Source of the DNA: Alphaproteobacteria bacterium
Lineage (GTDB): Bacteria; Pseudomonadota; Alphaproteobacteria; MPNO01
DNA: 64,000 nt
Direction: 5' to 3'
NCBI GenBank assembly: GCA_965248835.1
Contig: CBDFLJ010000001.1
Location: 1-64,000, forward strand
Shown here: positions 38,055 to 49,758 of the stretch, one piece after another
Layout: every line of letters begins with the position of its first letter
How positions within the stretch are numbered: the stretch's first letter is position 1
The notes under the pieces: generated by a model
Database searches by the model: none
Told to the model about the DNA's origin: nothing
Seen by the model: only the letters and a program-made list of their open reading frames with translations
Translations under genes and position numbers: made by a program

Positions 38055-38897
38055 ATGCGGATCATCGACCTCCACTGCTACACCAACACCCAGCCATGGA
38101 TCGATTGCCAGGGACCCTATGTCGAGGCCTTGGCCGCATATTGGAAGCGCGCCTGGACGGCGAAGGAGGAGGACGAGGTCATCGCCGAGTTCGCCGAGGC
38201 CGGTGTCGACGCCGTCCTCGTCGCGCTTGACCTCGAGACCACGGTGGCCACCCCGCCGTGCTCCAACGACTATGTCGCAGGGATGTGGAAGCGCCACCCA
38301 GACAGGATCATCCAGGCCTGGGCCGCGGTCGATCCGTTCAAGGGCGAGATCGCCATCCGCGAGGCCCGGCACGCGATCGAAGACCTCGGCATGCTCGGCT
38401 TCCACTTCCATCCGATCATGGGGCATTTCGCCGTCAACGATGCCCGGCTCTACCCGCTTTGGGAGACCATCGCCGCGCTCGACGTGCCGGTGATGATCGA
38501 TGTCGGCACCACCGGCATGGGGGCCGGCATGCCCGGCGGCATGGGCGCGAGGATCCGCCACGCCCACCCGCTCACCCTCGACGACCTGGCGAGCGACTTC
38601 CCCGACCTCAGGATCGTCGCCGCTCACCCGGGCTGGCCGTGGGGCAAGGAGATGACCGCGGTAGCCCTCCACAAGGGCAACGTATACTGGGAGCTGTCGG
38701 GCTGGGCGCCGAGATATTTCCCCGATTCGCTCAAGCGCGACGTGCGCGGCCGGCTCAAGGACAAGATCATGTTCGGCAGCGACTATCCGAGCCTGCCCTA
38801 TGAGCGGATCTTTCGCGAATGGGACGAGCTCGGCTACACGCCGGAGATCATGGAGAAGGTCTTCCACAAGAACGCCGAAGACTTTCTCGGGTTGTGA
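38055..38897 (+). CDS. Amidohydrolase_2 family protein (CouO-like)
   Basis: IDLHC, GMGAGMPGG, AHPGWPW, ELSGWAPRYF, FGSDYP. Confidence 0.85.
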   Translation: MRIIDLHCYTNTQPWIDCQGPYVEALAAYWKRAWTAKEEDEVIAEFAEAGVDAVLVALDLETTVATPPCSNDYVAGMWKRHPDRIIQAWAAVDPFKGEIAIREARHAIEDLGMLGFHFHPIMGHFAVNDARLYPLWETIAALDVPVMIDVGTTGMGAGMPGGMGARIRHAHPLTLDDLASDFPDLRIVAAHPGWPWGKEMTAVALHKGNVYWELSGWAPRYFPDSLKRDVRGRLKDKIMFGSDYPSLPYERIFREWDELGYTPEIMEKVFHKNAEDFLGL

Positions 38898-38949
38898 ACA
38901 CGACGGCGCACCATCACGCGTGCACGTCCAGAGCGGAACGGAGCCCCGG

Positions 38950-41900
38950 GTGCAACGCATACGCAAACTCCTGGTCGCCAACCGCGGCGAGATCGCGATT
39001 CGCGTCATGCGGGCGGCGACCGAGCTCGGCATCCGCACCGTCTCGGTCCATTCGCACGAGGACCGTTTCGCGCTGCACCGCTTCAAGGCCGACGAGAGTT
39101 ACTGGATCGGCCGGTCCAAGCGCCCGGTCGAGGCCTATCTCGACATCGAGGACATGGTCGCGATCGCCCGCATGGCGGGCGCGGACGCGGTCCATCCGGG
39201 CTACGGTTTTCTGTCGGAGAACCCCGATTTCGCCGAGGCGTGCGCCGCTGCCGGGTTGATCTTCATCGGTCCGCCGGCGGCGGTCATGCGCCGGCTGGGC
39301 AACAAGATCTCGGCCCGCGCGCTGGCCCAGGAGGCCGGCGTCCCGGTGGTGCCGGCGAGCGGGCCGCTGCCCGACGATCCGGCGGCGGCGGTGCGCATCG
39401 CCGACGAGATCGGCTTCCCCGTCATGCTCAAGGCGAGTTGGGGCGGCGGCGGGCGCGGCATGCGGGTGATCGCCCACGCGGGCGAGGTGGCCGAGGCCGT
39501 CGAGGCCGCCCGCCGCGAGGCCGCCGCCTCATTCGGCAACGACGAGGTCTATTTCGAGAAGCTGATCGGCAATGCGCGCCATGTCGAGGTCCAGGTGCTC
39601 GCCGACGCGCACGGCTCCATCCTGCACCTGTTCGAGCGCGACTGCACCGTCCAGCGGCGCCATCAGAAGATCGTCGAACGGGCGCCGGCGCCCTATCTCG
39701 ACGACGACATGCGGGCCGCGCTGTGCGAGTCCGCCCGCGCCATCGCCCGGACCGCCGGCTACGTCAACGCCGGCACGGTCGAGTTCCTGCAGGACGCCGA
39801 TTCCGGGCAGTGCTACTTCATCGAGGTCAACCCGCGCATCCAGGTCGAGCACACCGTGACCGAATGCGTAACCGGGATCGACATCGTCAAGGCCCAGATC
39901 CGCATCGCCGAGGGCGCGCGCGCCGGCGATGCCGGCGGCGCCGTGCCCAGCCAGGACGAGATCGCGATCAACGGCCACGCGATCCAGTGCCGGGTGACGA
40001 CGGAGAACCCGGAGCTCGATTTCGCGCCGGACCATGGCCGCATCCACGCCTACCGCAGCGCGTCGGGCTTCGGCATCCGGCTGGATGCCGGCAACGCCTT
40101 CCCCGGTGCGCTGATCACCCCGTACTACGATTCGCTCCTGGTCAAGATCACCGCCTGGGGGCGGACACCGGACGAGGCGGCCACACGGATGGACCGTGCG
40201 CTGCGCGAGTTCCGGGTGCGCGGGGTGGCGACCAACCTCCGCTTCCTCGAAGCGGTGATCGGCCATGCCGATTTCAGGAACGCGCGCTGCACGACGCGTT
40301 TCATCGACCAGACGCCTGAGCTGCTCCGTTTCGCCCCGCGGCGCGACCGGGCGAGCCGGCTGCTGTCCTTCCTGGGCGAGGTGATCGTCAACGGCAACCC
40401 CGAGGTCGCCGGCCACGCGCGCCCGAAGACCGGCCCGGCCGCTCTGCCGCGGCCCGCCGGTGAGGGGATACCGCCCGCCGGGACCCGCCAGAAACTCGCC
40501 GAGCTTGGCGCCGAAGGGCTGGTCCGCTGGGTTGCCGAGCAGGACCGCGTGCTTCTGACCGACACCACATTGCGCGATGCCCACCAGTCGCTGCTGGCGA
40601 CCCGGATGCGGACCCATGACCTCGTGGGCGCGGTGCCGGCCTACGCGCAAGACCTGACCGGACTGTTCTCGCTCGAATGCTGGGGCGGGGCGACGTTCGA
40701 TGTCGCCATGCGATTCCTCAATGAATCGCCCTGGGACCGTCTGGCGCGGATCTCCGAGGCGTGCCCCAACATCCTCCTCCAGATGCTGCTGCGCGGCGCC
40801 AACGCGGTGGGCTACACCAGCTATCCCGACAACGTTGTGCGTCATTTCGTCGGCCAGGCCGCCGAGGCGGGCATCGACGTCTTCCGCATCTTCGATTCGC
40901 TCAACTGGGTCGAGAACATGCGCGTTGCGATCGACGCGGTGCGCGAGACCGGAAAGATCTGCGAAGTCGCGATCTGCTACACCGGCGACGTCGACGACCC
41001 GGCGCGGCGCAAATACGACCTCGGCTACTATGTCGGTCTCGCCCATGAACTCGCCGATGCCGGCACCCAGATCCTCGGCATCAAGGACATGGCCGGGGTC
41101 TGCCGGCCGCAGGCAGCGCGCAAGCTGGTGCATGCGCTGAAAGAGGCGGTCGGCCTGCCGATCCACTTCCACACCCACGACACCAGCGGCATCGCGGCGG
41201 CCAGCGTCCTGGCCGCGGCCGATGCGGGGGCGGACATCGTCGATGCGGCGCTGGATTCGATGAGCGGCCTGACTTCACAGCCCAATCTCGGTGCCATCGT
41301 CGAGGCGCTGCGCCGCGGCCCGCGCGACACCGGCATCGACCCGGCTCGCATTCGCGCGCTGTCGGACTATTTCGAGCAGGTGCGGCGCGCCTACGCGCCG
41401 TTCGAGAGCGACATGCGCTGGGGCGCCTCGGAAGTCTATGTCCACGAGATGCCGGGCGGCCAGTACACCAACCTGCGCCAGCAGGCCGCCGCGCTGGGGC
41501 TCGCCGACCGCTGGCCGGACGTCGCGCGCACCTATGCCGAAGTCAACGCGATGTTCGGCGACGTGATCAAGGTCACGCCGACCTCGAAGACCGTCGGCGA
41601 CATGGCGTTGGCGATGGTCACCCGCGACCTGAGCGTTGAGCAGGTGCTCGACCCGGCGGTCGAGGTGGCGTTCCCGGCCTCGGTGATCTCCTTCTTCCGG
41701 GGTGAGATCGGCCAGCCGCCGGGGGGCTTCCCGGCAGCGTTGCAGGAAAAGGTGCTGGGCGGCGAAGCCCCGCTGACCGTCAGGCCGGGCGCGGTGCTCG
41801 AGCCGGTCGACCTCGCTTCCGAGCTCCGGGACGCGGAGAAGGCCGTCCACCGCCATATCGACGAGCGCGAGCTCGCCTCCTACCTGATGTACCCCAAGGT

Positions 41901-42414
41901 CTTCATCGACTACGCAAGGACGCGCCGCCAGTTCGGCGACGTCTCGGTGCTGCCGAGCCTCGCCTATTTCTACGGCATGGAACCGGGCGAGGAGATCGAT
42001 GCCGGGATCGAGCAGGGTAAGCGGCTCATCATCCGTTTCCTCGCGTTGGGCGATGCCGACGAGCATGGCGACCGCAGCGTGTTTTTCGAGCTCAACGGCC
42101 AGCCGCGGTCGATCCGGGTGGTCGACCGGACGGTCGAGCCCGCGCACGCCGCCCACCCCAGGGCGGATGCGGATGACCCCTGCCATGTCGGCGCGCCGAT
42201 GCAGGGCGTGGTCATCGCGCTGGCCGCCGAGCCCGGGCAGACCGTCCGCCGCGGCGATCCGCTCCTGACCCTGGAAGCGATGAAGATGGAAATGGTCGTC
42301 CGTGCCGAGCTGGAAGGGACCGTCGCCGACATCATCGCCCCGGTCGGCACCGCGGTTTCGGCCGGCGACCTGCTGGTCGAGCTCACCCCGGCCGCGCAGC
42401 CCGGACCGGCCTAA
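38950..42414 (+). CDS. pyc: Pyruvate carboxylase
   Basis: ANRGEIA biotin carboxylase domain, TLRDAHQS, WGGATFD, IKDMAG, HFHTHD, biotinyl site EAMKME. Confidence 0.97.
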   Translation: MQRIRKLLVANRGEIAIRVMRAATELGIRTVSVHSHEDRFALHRFKADESYWIGRSKRPVEAYLDIEDMVAIARMAGADAVHPGYGFLSENPDFAEACAAAGLIFIGPPAAVMRRLGNKISARALAQEAGVPVVPASGPLPDDPAAAVRIADEIGFPVMLKASWGGGGRGMRVIAHAGEVAEAVEAARREAAASFGNDEVYFEKLIGNARHVEVQVLADAHGSILHLFERDCTVQRRHQKIVERAPAPYLDDDMRAALCESARAIARTAGYVNAGTVEFLQDADSGQCYFIEVNPRIQVEHTVTECVTGIDIVKAQIRIAEGARAGDAGGAVPSQDEIAINGHAIQCRVTTENPELDFAPDHGRIHAYRSASGFGIRLDAGNAFPGALITPYYDSLLVKITAWGRTPDEAATRMDRALREFRVRGVATNLRFLEAVIGHADFRNARCTTRFIDQTPELLRFAPRRDRASRLLSFLGEVIVNGNPEVAGHARPKTGPAALPRPAGEGIPPAGTRQKLAELGAEGLVRWVAEQDRVLLTDTTLRDAHQSLLATRMRTHDLVGAVPAYAQDLTGLFSLECWGGATFDVAMRFLNESPWDRLARISEACPNILLQMLLRGANAVGYTSYPDNVVRHFVGQAAEAGIDVFRIFDSLNWVENMRVAIDAVRETGKICEVAICYTGDVDDPARRKYDLGYYVGLAHELADAGTQILGIKDMAGVCRPQAARKLVHALKEAVGLPIHFHTHDTSGIAAASVLAAADAGADIVDAALDSMSGLTSQPNLGAIVEALRRGPRDTGIDPARIRALSDYFEQVRRAYAPFESDMRWGASEVYVHEMPGGQYTNLRQQAAALGLADRWPDVARTYAEVNAMFGDVIKVTPTSKTVGDMALAMVTRDLSVEQVLDPAVEVAFPASVISFFRGEIGQPPGGFPAALQEKVLGGEAPLTVRPGAVLEPVDLASELRDAEKAVHRHIDERELASYLMYPKVFIDYARTRRQFGDVSVLPSLAYFYGMEPGEEIDAGIEQGKRLIIRFLALGDADEHGDRSVFFELNGQPRSIRVVDRTVEPAHAAHPRADADDPCHVGAPMQGVVIALAAEPGQTVRRGDPLLTLEAMKMEMVVRAELEGTVADIIAPVGTAVSAGDLLVELTPAAQPGPA

Positions 42415-43352
42415 CGAAACGACGGATCTTCCGGGTTCAGGTTGTCCGAGTGGGTCGAATCCCGGCCCATATAGACGCCGCGCTCCCAGGTCCGCTTCAA
42501 GGGGTCTTCGACGGAGACCGCCATCCGGCCGATACCCTCGATCTCGATCTCGGCGAGATCGCCGTCCTGCAGCGGGCCGAGCCCTTCATGGTTGGTGCCG
42601 CAACCGATCACGTCGCCCGAATTCAGCGTCATGATCTCGCTCGCCCAGGCGATCAACTCGGGCACCGGGTGCTCCATGTCGGCGGTGTTGTAGTCATGGC
42701 GGAGCTGGCCGCAGTCCCAGAACCGGACATGCAGAGCGTTCGGGTCGGCAACCTCATCGGCGGTCAGGATGGACGGCCCGAGCGGCGCAAAACTGTCGAA
42801 GGACTTTCCCATCCAGCTCCGCGCGCGCCAGGTCGAGCGCCCCTCGCCGCGGGCGGACACGTCGATCAGACAGGTAAAGCCGAACACCGCCCGGCGCCAA
42901 TCCTGCGCGCGCACCTTCTTGGCCGGGCCCCTGATGACGATCGCGAGCTCGGCCTCGTGGTGGAACACCCAGGGCTCGGTCATCTCCGGCAAGACTATGG
43001 TCTCGCCCGGGCCGATCACCGAATCGGGGTTCTTGAGGAACATGTTGAGCGGCCGCGCCTCGCGCTCGCGGTGCTCCCAGTAGTTGCCGATGCAGCACAG
43101 GATCTTGCCCGGGCGCGGCAGCGGAGCGCGCAATCGGACGGAGTCCGCCGGCAACGCCTCGCCATCGGCTGCCAGCCGTTCAAGATCCGGCCGCAACGCA
43201 TCGAATTCGTCGATGATTGCGTTGATCGTCTGCTGCGGTGCCGCATCCGGCCGCGCCCGAACCGCCGCGGCGATACCGACCACCCCGCGCGGCGTGAGCA
43301 GGCCGGGCACCACCGCGCCGTCGGCCGCCGTCTGATAGAGCACGAGCTTCAC
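42411..43352 (-). CDS. Fumarylacetoacetate hydrolase family protein
   Basis: IGNYWEH, FLKNP, HHEAELA, DVSAR, GKSFDSFAPLGP. Confidence 0.9.
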   Translation of the reverse strand: MKLVLYQTAADGAVVPGLLTPRGVVGIAAAVRARPDAAPQQTINAIIDEFDALRPDLERLAADGEALPADSVRLRAPLPRPGKILCCIGNYWEHREREARPLNMFLKNPDSVIGPGETIVLPEMTEPWVFHHEAELAIVIRGPAKKVRAQDWRRAVFGFTCLIDVSARGEGRSTWRARSWMGKSFDSFAPLGPSILTADEVADPNALHVRFWDCGQLRHDYNTADMEHPVPELIAWASEIMTLNSGDVIGCGTNHEGLGPLQDGDLAEIEIEGIGRMAVSVEDPLKRTWERGVYMGRDSTHSDNLNPEDPSFR

Positions 43353-43379
43353 CGCTACCTCCCCGCCGGGTGCCCCGGC

Positions 43380-43790
43380 TCAGCCCCGCGCGGTCTTGAA
43401 CAGGTAGGCCGCGAAGTCGGCGGGCTTGAGCTTGAAGTCCCGAGTCGCCTCACCGGCCAGCGCCCGCTCGACCAGGATGCCGTTCTCGACCTTCTCGGGC
43501 TTTACGCGAAAGACCCCGGAGGTTCCCCTGATGCGCGGGTAGTAGTTCGGATCGAGCACCGTCTCCCGCGCTGCGAGGCGTTCGAGGACCGCCTCTTCGC
43601 TCAGAGACTCGTCTTCCGCTTTGACCAGCGTCCAGTCCGTCGCGCGGCCGCATTCCTGTTCATTCAGCGCCGCGACCGCCGCCTTGGCAGTGTCTTCGGT
43701 CACGCCGACCTTGAACAGGTGCTTGCTGATCCCGACATCCCCGCCCCAGTCCGACAGCGTTTTCGAGCGGGCGACATAGATGACGGCCAT
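43380..43790 (-). CDS. Hypothetical protein, possibly GIY-YIG/T5orf172-like fold
   Basis: Host-like codon usage, GGAGG RBS; VIYVARS...LFKVGVT pattern. Confidence 0.7.
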   Translation of the reverse strand: MAVIYVARSKTLSDWGGDVGISKHLFKVGVTEDTAKAAVAALNEQECGRATDWTLVKAEDESLSEEAVLERLAARETVLDPNYYPRIRGTSGVFRVKPEKVENGILVERALAGEATRDFKLKPADFAAYLFKTARG

Positions 43791-43805
43791 GGCCTGCCTC
43801 CCCGG

Positions 43806-44855
43806 CTAGGTTTGCGCGCAGTCCAGAGCATGTTCCGCTCGCACAGGGTCGGCCAAGCCGAATTGGCGGGCCAACAGAGCGTAGCTCCTGCGGCGGACGG
43901 CCTCGTCATGAGTCCAGGTGACGACCGCGATCTCCTGGACATCGAGCCGCTCGGCGAGCTCGCGGATCTGTGCCGCGACGCGCTCGGGCGTGCCGACGAA
44001 CGCGCGCCGACGAAGCTCGTCGAGGCGCGCGGCCTCCTGCGCGCTATAGGGATGGGCCGCCGCGACCTCGGGCGGGTCGAGCGGCAGGTAGATCCCCTGG
44101 TTGCGGAAGAGTTGCCATTTCGCCCGCGGCCAATAGTGATGCTGGGCTTCTTCCTCGGACTCCGCGGCGAGCGCCCAGACGCACAGCCCGCCATGGGGAA
44201 TCGGGTGACGCTCGCTCGATCGGTAAGTCTCGCGGTAGATCTCCAGCGCCTCCCGTCCGCCGCGCCCGTCGGTGAAGAACCAGGCGAAGCAGTAGGGCAG
44301 GCCGAAATGCGCCGCCACCTGCGCGCCGTAGTCGGAGCTGCCGAGCACCCAGACCTCCGGCACGGTCTCGCCCTGAGGGTAGGCGCGCACCTTGGCAAAC
44401 GGATGGCCTTCGACCAGCGGTGTGCCCGCCACCCAGGCCAGCAGATCCCGCACGTCGGCCGGAAACTGGTGCGGCCGATCGTTGGCCATGGGATGCAGCG
44501 CGAACGCCGTCAGGCCGTCGGAGCCCGGCGCCCGGCCGAGCCCGAGATCGATCCGCCCGGGCGCCAGCGCGTCGAGCACGCGGAACTGCTCGGCGACCTT
44601 GAAGGGCGAATAGTGCGGCAGCATCACACCGGCGCTGCCGATCCGGATGCGCCGTGTGGTCGCAGCAATGGCGGCGATCAGGATCTCGGGCGCGGTGCCG
44701 AGGATGGTCGGGTGGTTGTGGTGCTCGGAGACCCAGAAGCGATGATAGCCCAGGGACTCGCAATGCGCGGCAAGTGCCAACGTATCGCGGATCGTCCGGT
44801 CGTGGGGCCGTCCGGCCGCGGCGATCGACTGGTCGAGAACGGAAAGGCGCAGCAC
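43806..44855 (-). CDS. LLM class flavin-dependent oxidoreductase (luciferase-like)
   Basis: LSVLDQS, WVSEHH, GVMLPHY, GRIDLGLGRAPG, WVLGSS. Confidence 0.92.
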   Translation of the reverse strand: MLRLSVLDQSIAAAGRPHDRTIRDTLALAAHCESLGYHRFWVSEHHNHPTILGTAPEILIAAIAATTRRIRIGSAGVMLPHYSPFKVAEQFRVLDALAPGRIDLGLGRAPGSDGLTAFALHPMANDRPHQFPADVRDLLAWVAGTPLVEGHPFAKVRAYPQGETVPEVWVLGSSDYGAQVAAHFGLPYCFAWFFTDGRGGREALEIYRETYRSSERHPIPHGGLCVWALAAESEEEAQHHYWPRAKWQLFRNQGIYLPLDPPEVAAAHPYSAQEAARLDELRRRAFVGTPERVAAQIRELAERLDVQEIAVVTWTHDEAVRRRSYALLARQFGLADPVRAEHALDCAQT

Positions 44856-44881
44856 ACGGGGCTCCGGTTCGAATGCGGCGC

Positions 44882-45355
44882 TCAGAGCGCGGCGATGCAG
44901 CTTTGCAGCGCGGCCGCTTCGGCGCGCTCGAAAGCCTCGGCGAGCGCGGCTTCATCCGCTTCGGGGCTCGGCCCCGCTTCGGCCCGCAACGCGAAGGGAA
45001 TGCCCGCACTGCTGCCGGCCAGCTCGGCCGCGCCGTCGGCGCGCGCGATCCGCGCACGGCCATGACGGGTTATTTCGATGTCGGAGCCTTCGACGACGAG
45101 CCGGCAGCGAACGACGGCTTCGTCACCCTCGCGCAGCCGCCCGATCACCGTATGCGACCAGCCCTCGGTCGGCCGGCCGGCGGTCTCGAATCCCGTCGCC
45201 GCAGCGGCGGATGCCAAGCGCGACCGGGTCTGCGCACGCCTCGGCGGCACGGTGGCCGGTGCCTCGCCGTACAGCGCCTCCAGCCTCTTGCGGCCGTCCT
45301 CCAGAATCCGATCGAAGGGTCGTGACGGCGGCTCGCGGGCGTCGGCGGCGGCCAT
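44882..45355 (-). CDS. Hypothetical protein (weak Rad52/22-like C-terminal pattern)
   Basis: ATG 7 bp after the upstream gene's stop; fills the operon gap on the same strand. Confidence 0.6.
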   Translation of the reverse strand: MAAADAREPPSRPFDRILEDGRKRLEALYGEAPATVPPRRAQTRSRLASAAAATGFETAGRPTEGWSHTVIGRLREGDEAVVRCRLVVEGSDIEITRHGRARIARADGAAELAGSSAGIPFALRAEAGPSPEADEAALAEAFERAEAAALQSCIAAL

Positions 45356-45362
45356 GGCGCGC

Positions 45363-46076
45363 TCAGCCTTCGGCGCCGGCGGGAGCCGACCACCAGCGAT
45401 GAAAGTCATCGGCGGCCGCCACGGCCAGCCCGCCTTCGATCGTCAGCGTGCCGAGATAGTCGATGACCTCGGCGCCGGTCACCACGTCGCCGTACTTGGC
45501 TTCGATATCGAACAGGTTCGCCTCATGCGGGCCGTCCGCCCGGTCGCCGACGGCATCGCCGACGACGACAGTGTGAAAGCCATGCTGGATCGAATCAATC
45601 GCCGAGGCGCGGATGCAGCCGCTGGTCGTGCACCCGGTCATGACCAGGGTATCGATGCCGAGGCCGGCGAGATAGGCATCGAGCCCGGTGCCGAAAAAGG
45701 CGCTCGCCATTTTCTTTTCGAGCACGTATTCGCCGGGGCGCGGACGGACCCGGTCGTCCACCGCAACCATGGCCGTGCCCTTCCTGAGGATCTCCAGCGA
45801 GGGGACCTTGCGCATCCACATGCCGCCGTCCCGGAGGTCGCTCTCATAGGCGATGACGGTGTATATGACCGGCAGCCGGGCGCTTCGGAAGGAGGAGAGC
45901 AGACCCTGCGTGACCGCGATCTCGGCCGAAAAATCCCCACCCAGCGGCGTCGCCGGATCGGTGAAGCCGTTGATGAAATCGATGACCAGGAGCGCCGGCG
46001 TCCGCCCGTAGCCGGTGCGCACCGCAAAGCCCTTGCGCTTGTAGTCCGCGCGCGTTGCGTCTTCCCATTCCGCCAT
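45363..46076 (-). CDS. Isochorismatase family cysteine hydrolase (maleamate/N-carbamoylsarcosine amidase-like)
   Basis: PALLVID, KKMASAFFGT, GCTTSGCIRAS, DIEAKYGDV. Confidence 0.9.
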   Translation of the reverse strand: MAEWEDATRADYKRKGFAVRTGYGRTPALLVIDFINGFTDPATPLGGDFSAEIAVTQGLLSSFRSARLPVIYTVIAYESDLRDGGMWMRKVPSLEILRKGTAMVAVDDRVRPRPGEYVLEKKMASAFFGTGLDAYLAGLGIDTLVMTGCTTSGCIRASAIDSIQHGFHTVVVGDAVGDRADGPHEANLFDIEAKYGDVVTGAEVIDYLGTLTIEGGLAVAAADDFHRWWSAPAGAEG

Positions 46077-46260
46077 GACATGCCTCCGACGGTCACGATA
46101 CCCGGCGGCCGGGATGCCATCAACCGGGTCACAGGCCACGCCCGTGGGCTGCCCCGATAGCCGGGCGCGTTTGGCCGTTGGATCTTTTCGAGGCGCAAAT
46201 ATAGTCTCGCCGCAACCGTCCCGGACGCGGCTTGCGGTCCATCGAAGGCATTGGCATCCC

Positions 46261-47943
<1,683 letters not shown>

Positions 47944-48006
47944 GCCGGACCATGTTCGGAGCAAGCGGACCGGCGCGCCCGCCCGCCGCCGGACAGGTGC
48001 CGGCCG

Positions 48007-48612
48007 TCAATCGGCGCCGATCTTCTTGCGAAGCACCGCCAGCAGGCCTTCGACCTTGCCGCCGTTGCTACGAATTACGGCCGCGAATTCGTCGCGCTGG
48101 GTGACCGACATGCTGATCCCCTCGACAATCACGTCGACGATTCGCAAGCCGTCGTCCTTTGTCCTCACGCGCCAGCCGACACGCACCGGGGGACGCCCCT
48201 GCTTGACCTGGACCTCCGATTGCACCAAATCGTCGCGCGCGCTGATCGAGCGGCTCTTGTGGACCCGGAAGCGCTTCACCCTGAGGTCGCCGAACCGGTT
48301 GGCGTAAGCCTGCACCAGGAATTTCTCGAACAGCCGACGGTACTCGGCGCGCTGATCGGGCGAGGCCAGCCGCCAATAGCGCCCAAGGGAGAACCGCGCG
48401 ATGGTCTTCAGATCGAACGAATCCCTGAGGATCTCGCGGAAGCGCTGGATCCGCTGCTCGTCGGTAATATCGGCGGCCAAGGAGGTCAAGGCGCGTTCGC
48501 CGGTGCTGCGCACGAACGCCTCGGTCGCGCCGGCCTGCGCCGGGGCGCTGCCGGCAGCGAGGAAGCAAACCGTCAAAAGGGCGAACCGCAGGGCCGACCG
48601 GCCTCGAAGCAT
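48007..48612 (-). CDS. mlaC: Phospholipid-binding protein MlaC/Ttg2D
   Basis: Signal peptide, FDLKTIARFSLGRYW, IVDVIVEGISM..TQRDEF. Confidence 0.9.
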   Translation of the reverse strand: MLRGRSALRFALLTVCFLAAGSAPAQAGATEAFVRSTGERALTSLAADITDEQRIQRFREILRDSFDLKTIARFSLGRYWRLASPDQRAEYRRLFEKFLVQAYANRFGDLRVKRFRVHKSRSISARDDLVQSEVQVKQGRPPVRVGWRVRTKDDGLRIVDVIVEGISMSVTQRDEFAAVIRSNGGKVEGLLAVLRKKIGAD

Positions 48613-48657
48613 GGCGTCAATCCGCTACCGGGGGTGGTGCGGCTCCTGAATCCCGAA

Positions 48658-49443
48658 TCAGTCTTTCCATATGAATGGAATTCTCGGCAAGGATTGAAGC
48701 GTTCCCGATGCTCCATTTCGGATTGCATCGGCTCTCCTCTGGCGATAGAGGCTGCGGACCGCTGCGTAGTAATCCAGCGACGTGTTTTCCAGCCGGTTTA
48801 TCGCATCGTATTCGCGTGCCCGGGAATGGGTCACACCAACACCGAACCTCGCATAGTTGAACCGGTTAGGCGAAAGATAGGTGAATGGATCGATGAAAAG
48901 ATCGACCACCTTGCCGACCGCGTCGCGCGGGTTCGACGGACCCAGAAACGGCAGCATCAGGTAAAACCCTTCGCCGACGCCCCAGACCGCCGCGGTCTGT
49001 CCGAAATCCTCATCATGCTTGGCGATGCCGAACTCTGCCGCGATATCCGCGACGCCGATAAAGCCGAACCCGGAATTCATCATGAACCGGAGCAGCGTGC
49101 TGCCGGCGCGCCCGAACTCGCCCTGCAACAACTCGTTGGTGAAAATGATCGGCGCGCGTAGGTTGTCCAGAAAATTGCCGATCATGATCTGGATCGGATC
49201 GGGCACGGCCTCTTTGTAGACGAAGGCGACCGGTTTCAGGACCGCCTTGTCGAGCGCGAGGTTGACCGCGAAGATGCCGCGGTTCAGCGGTTCGATCGGA
49301 TCGTTGACCTTGTCATAGGCGGCGACCGCGGCCGGGTCGTCCCCAGGCGGTGCGCTGGCACATCCAGCGATCGCAAACACAAGGCAGGCACCACCGACGG
49401 CCATCAGAGCGGCGGCGGACATGCTGCGCTTCTTCATGGGCAT
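48658..49443 (-). CDS. mlaA: VacJ/MlaA outer-membrane lipoprotein
   Basis: Lipobox IAGC, DPIEPLNR, EDFGQT, YLMLPFLGPS.RD. Confidence 0.92.
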   Translation of the reverse strand: MPMKKRSMSAAALMAVGGACLVFAIAGCASAPPGDDPAAVAAYDKVNDPIEPLNRGIFAVNLALDKAVLKPVAFVYKEAVPDPIQIMIGNFLDNLRAPIIFTNELLQGEFGRAGSTLLRFMMNSGFGFIGVADIAAEFGIAKHDEDFGQTAAVWGVGEGFYLMLPFLGPSNPRDAVGKVVDLFIDPFTYLSPNRFNYARFGVGVTHSRAREYDAINRLENTSLDYYAAVRSLYRQRRADAIRNGASGTLQSLPRIPFIWKD

Positions 49444-49704
49444 CGGATCCTTAGGCCACCGAATTCGAGCCTCATCGTTCTCGGCTGCGATGATCTGAAC
49501 TACGCTCTACCCCGGCAAGGCACACCATCTCTGCAAAGGCCTCCTCGAAGCGCCCTCCTGCCATTAGACGAAATGGCGTATCACAGCGCACGCGCAATTG
49601 CGAGTCCGCGCAGCGCGGCGGCCGCACATCGCCGGCCGGCCGTTGCAGCATGCGCACAACCGCCACGGTCCGTGCAATCGGACGACCGAGGCATTGACTT
49701 AATG

Positions 49705-49724
49705 ACATACATATATCTTTATGT
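49705..49724. promoter_or_regulatory. Putative SahR operator
   Basis: 20-bp imperfect palindrome ACATACATATATCTTTATGT (16/20 symmetric), just after a TTGACT -35-like hexamer (49694) upstream of sahR-metF-metH. Confidence 0.7.
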
Positions 49725-49758
49725 ATTGATAAGCGTGGGCCTGGGCTGGAGGGAGCAT

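Noticed and set aside
42450-45065. 871-aa + strand ORF and similar long ORFs (8204..10489, 19322..21283, 53063..54892, 55438..57540, 60799..63195)
   Set aside because: Antisense to well-supported genes, with no motifs; expected from GC3 bias.
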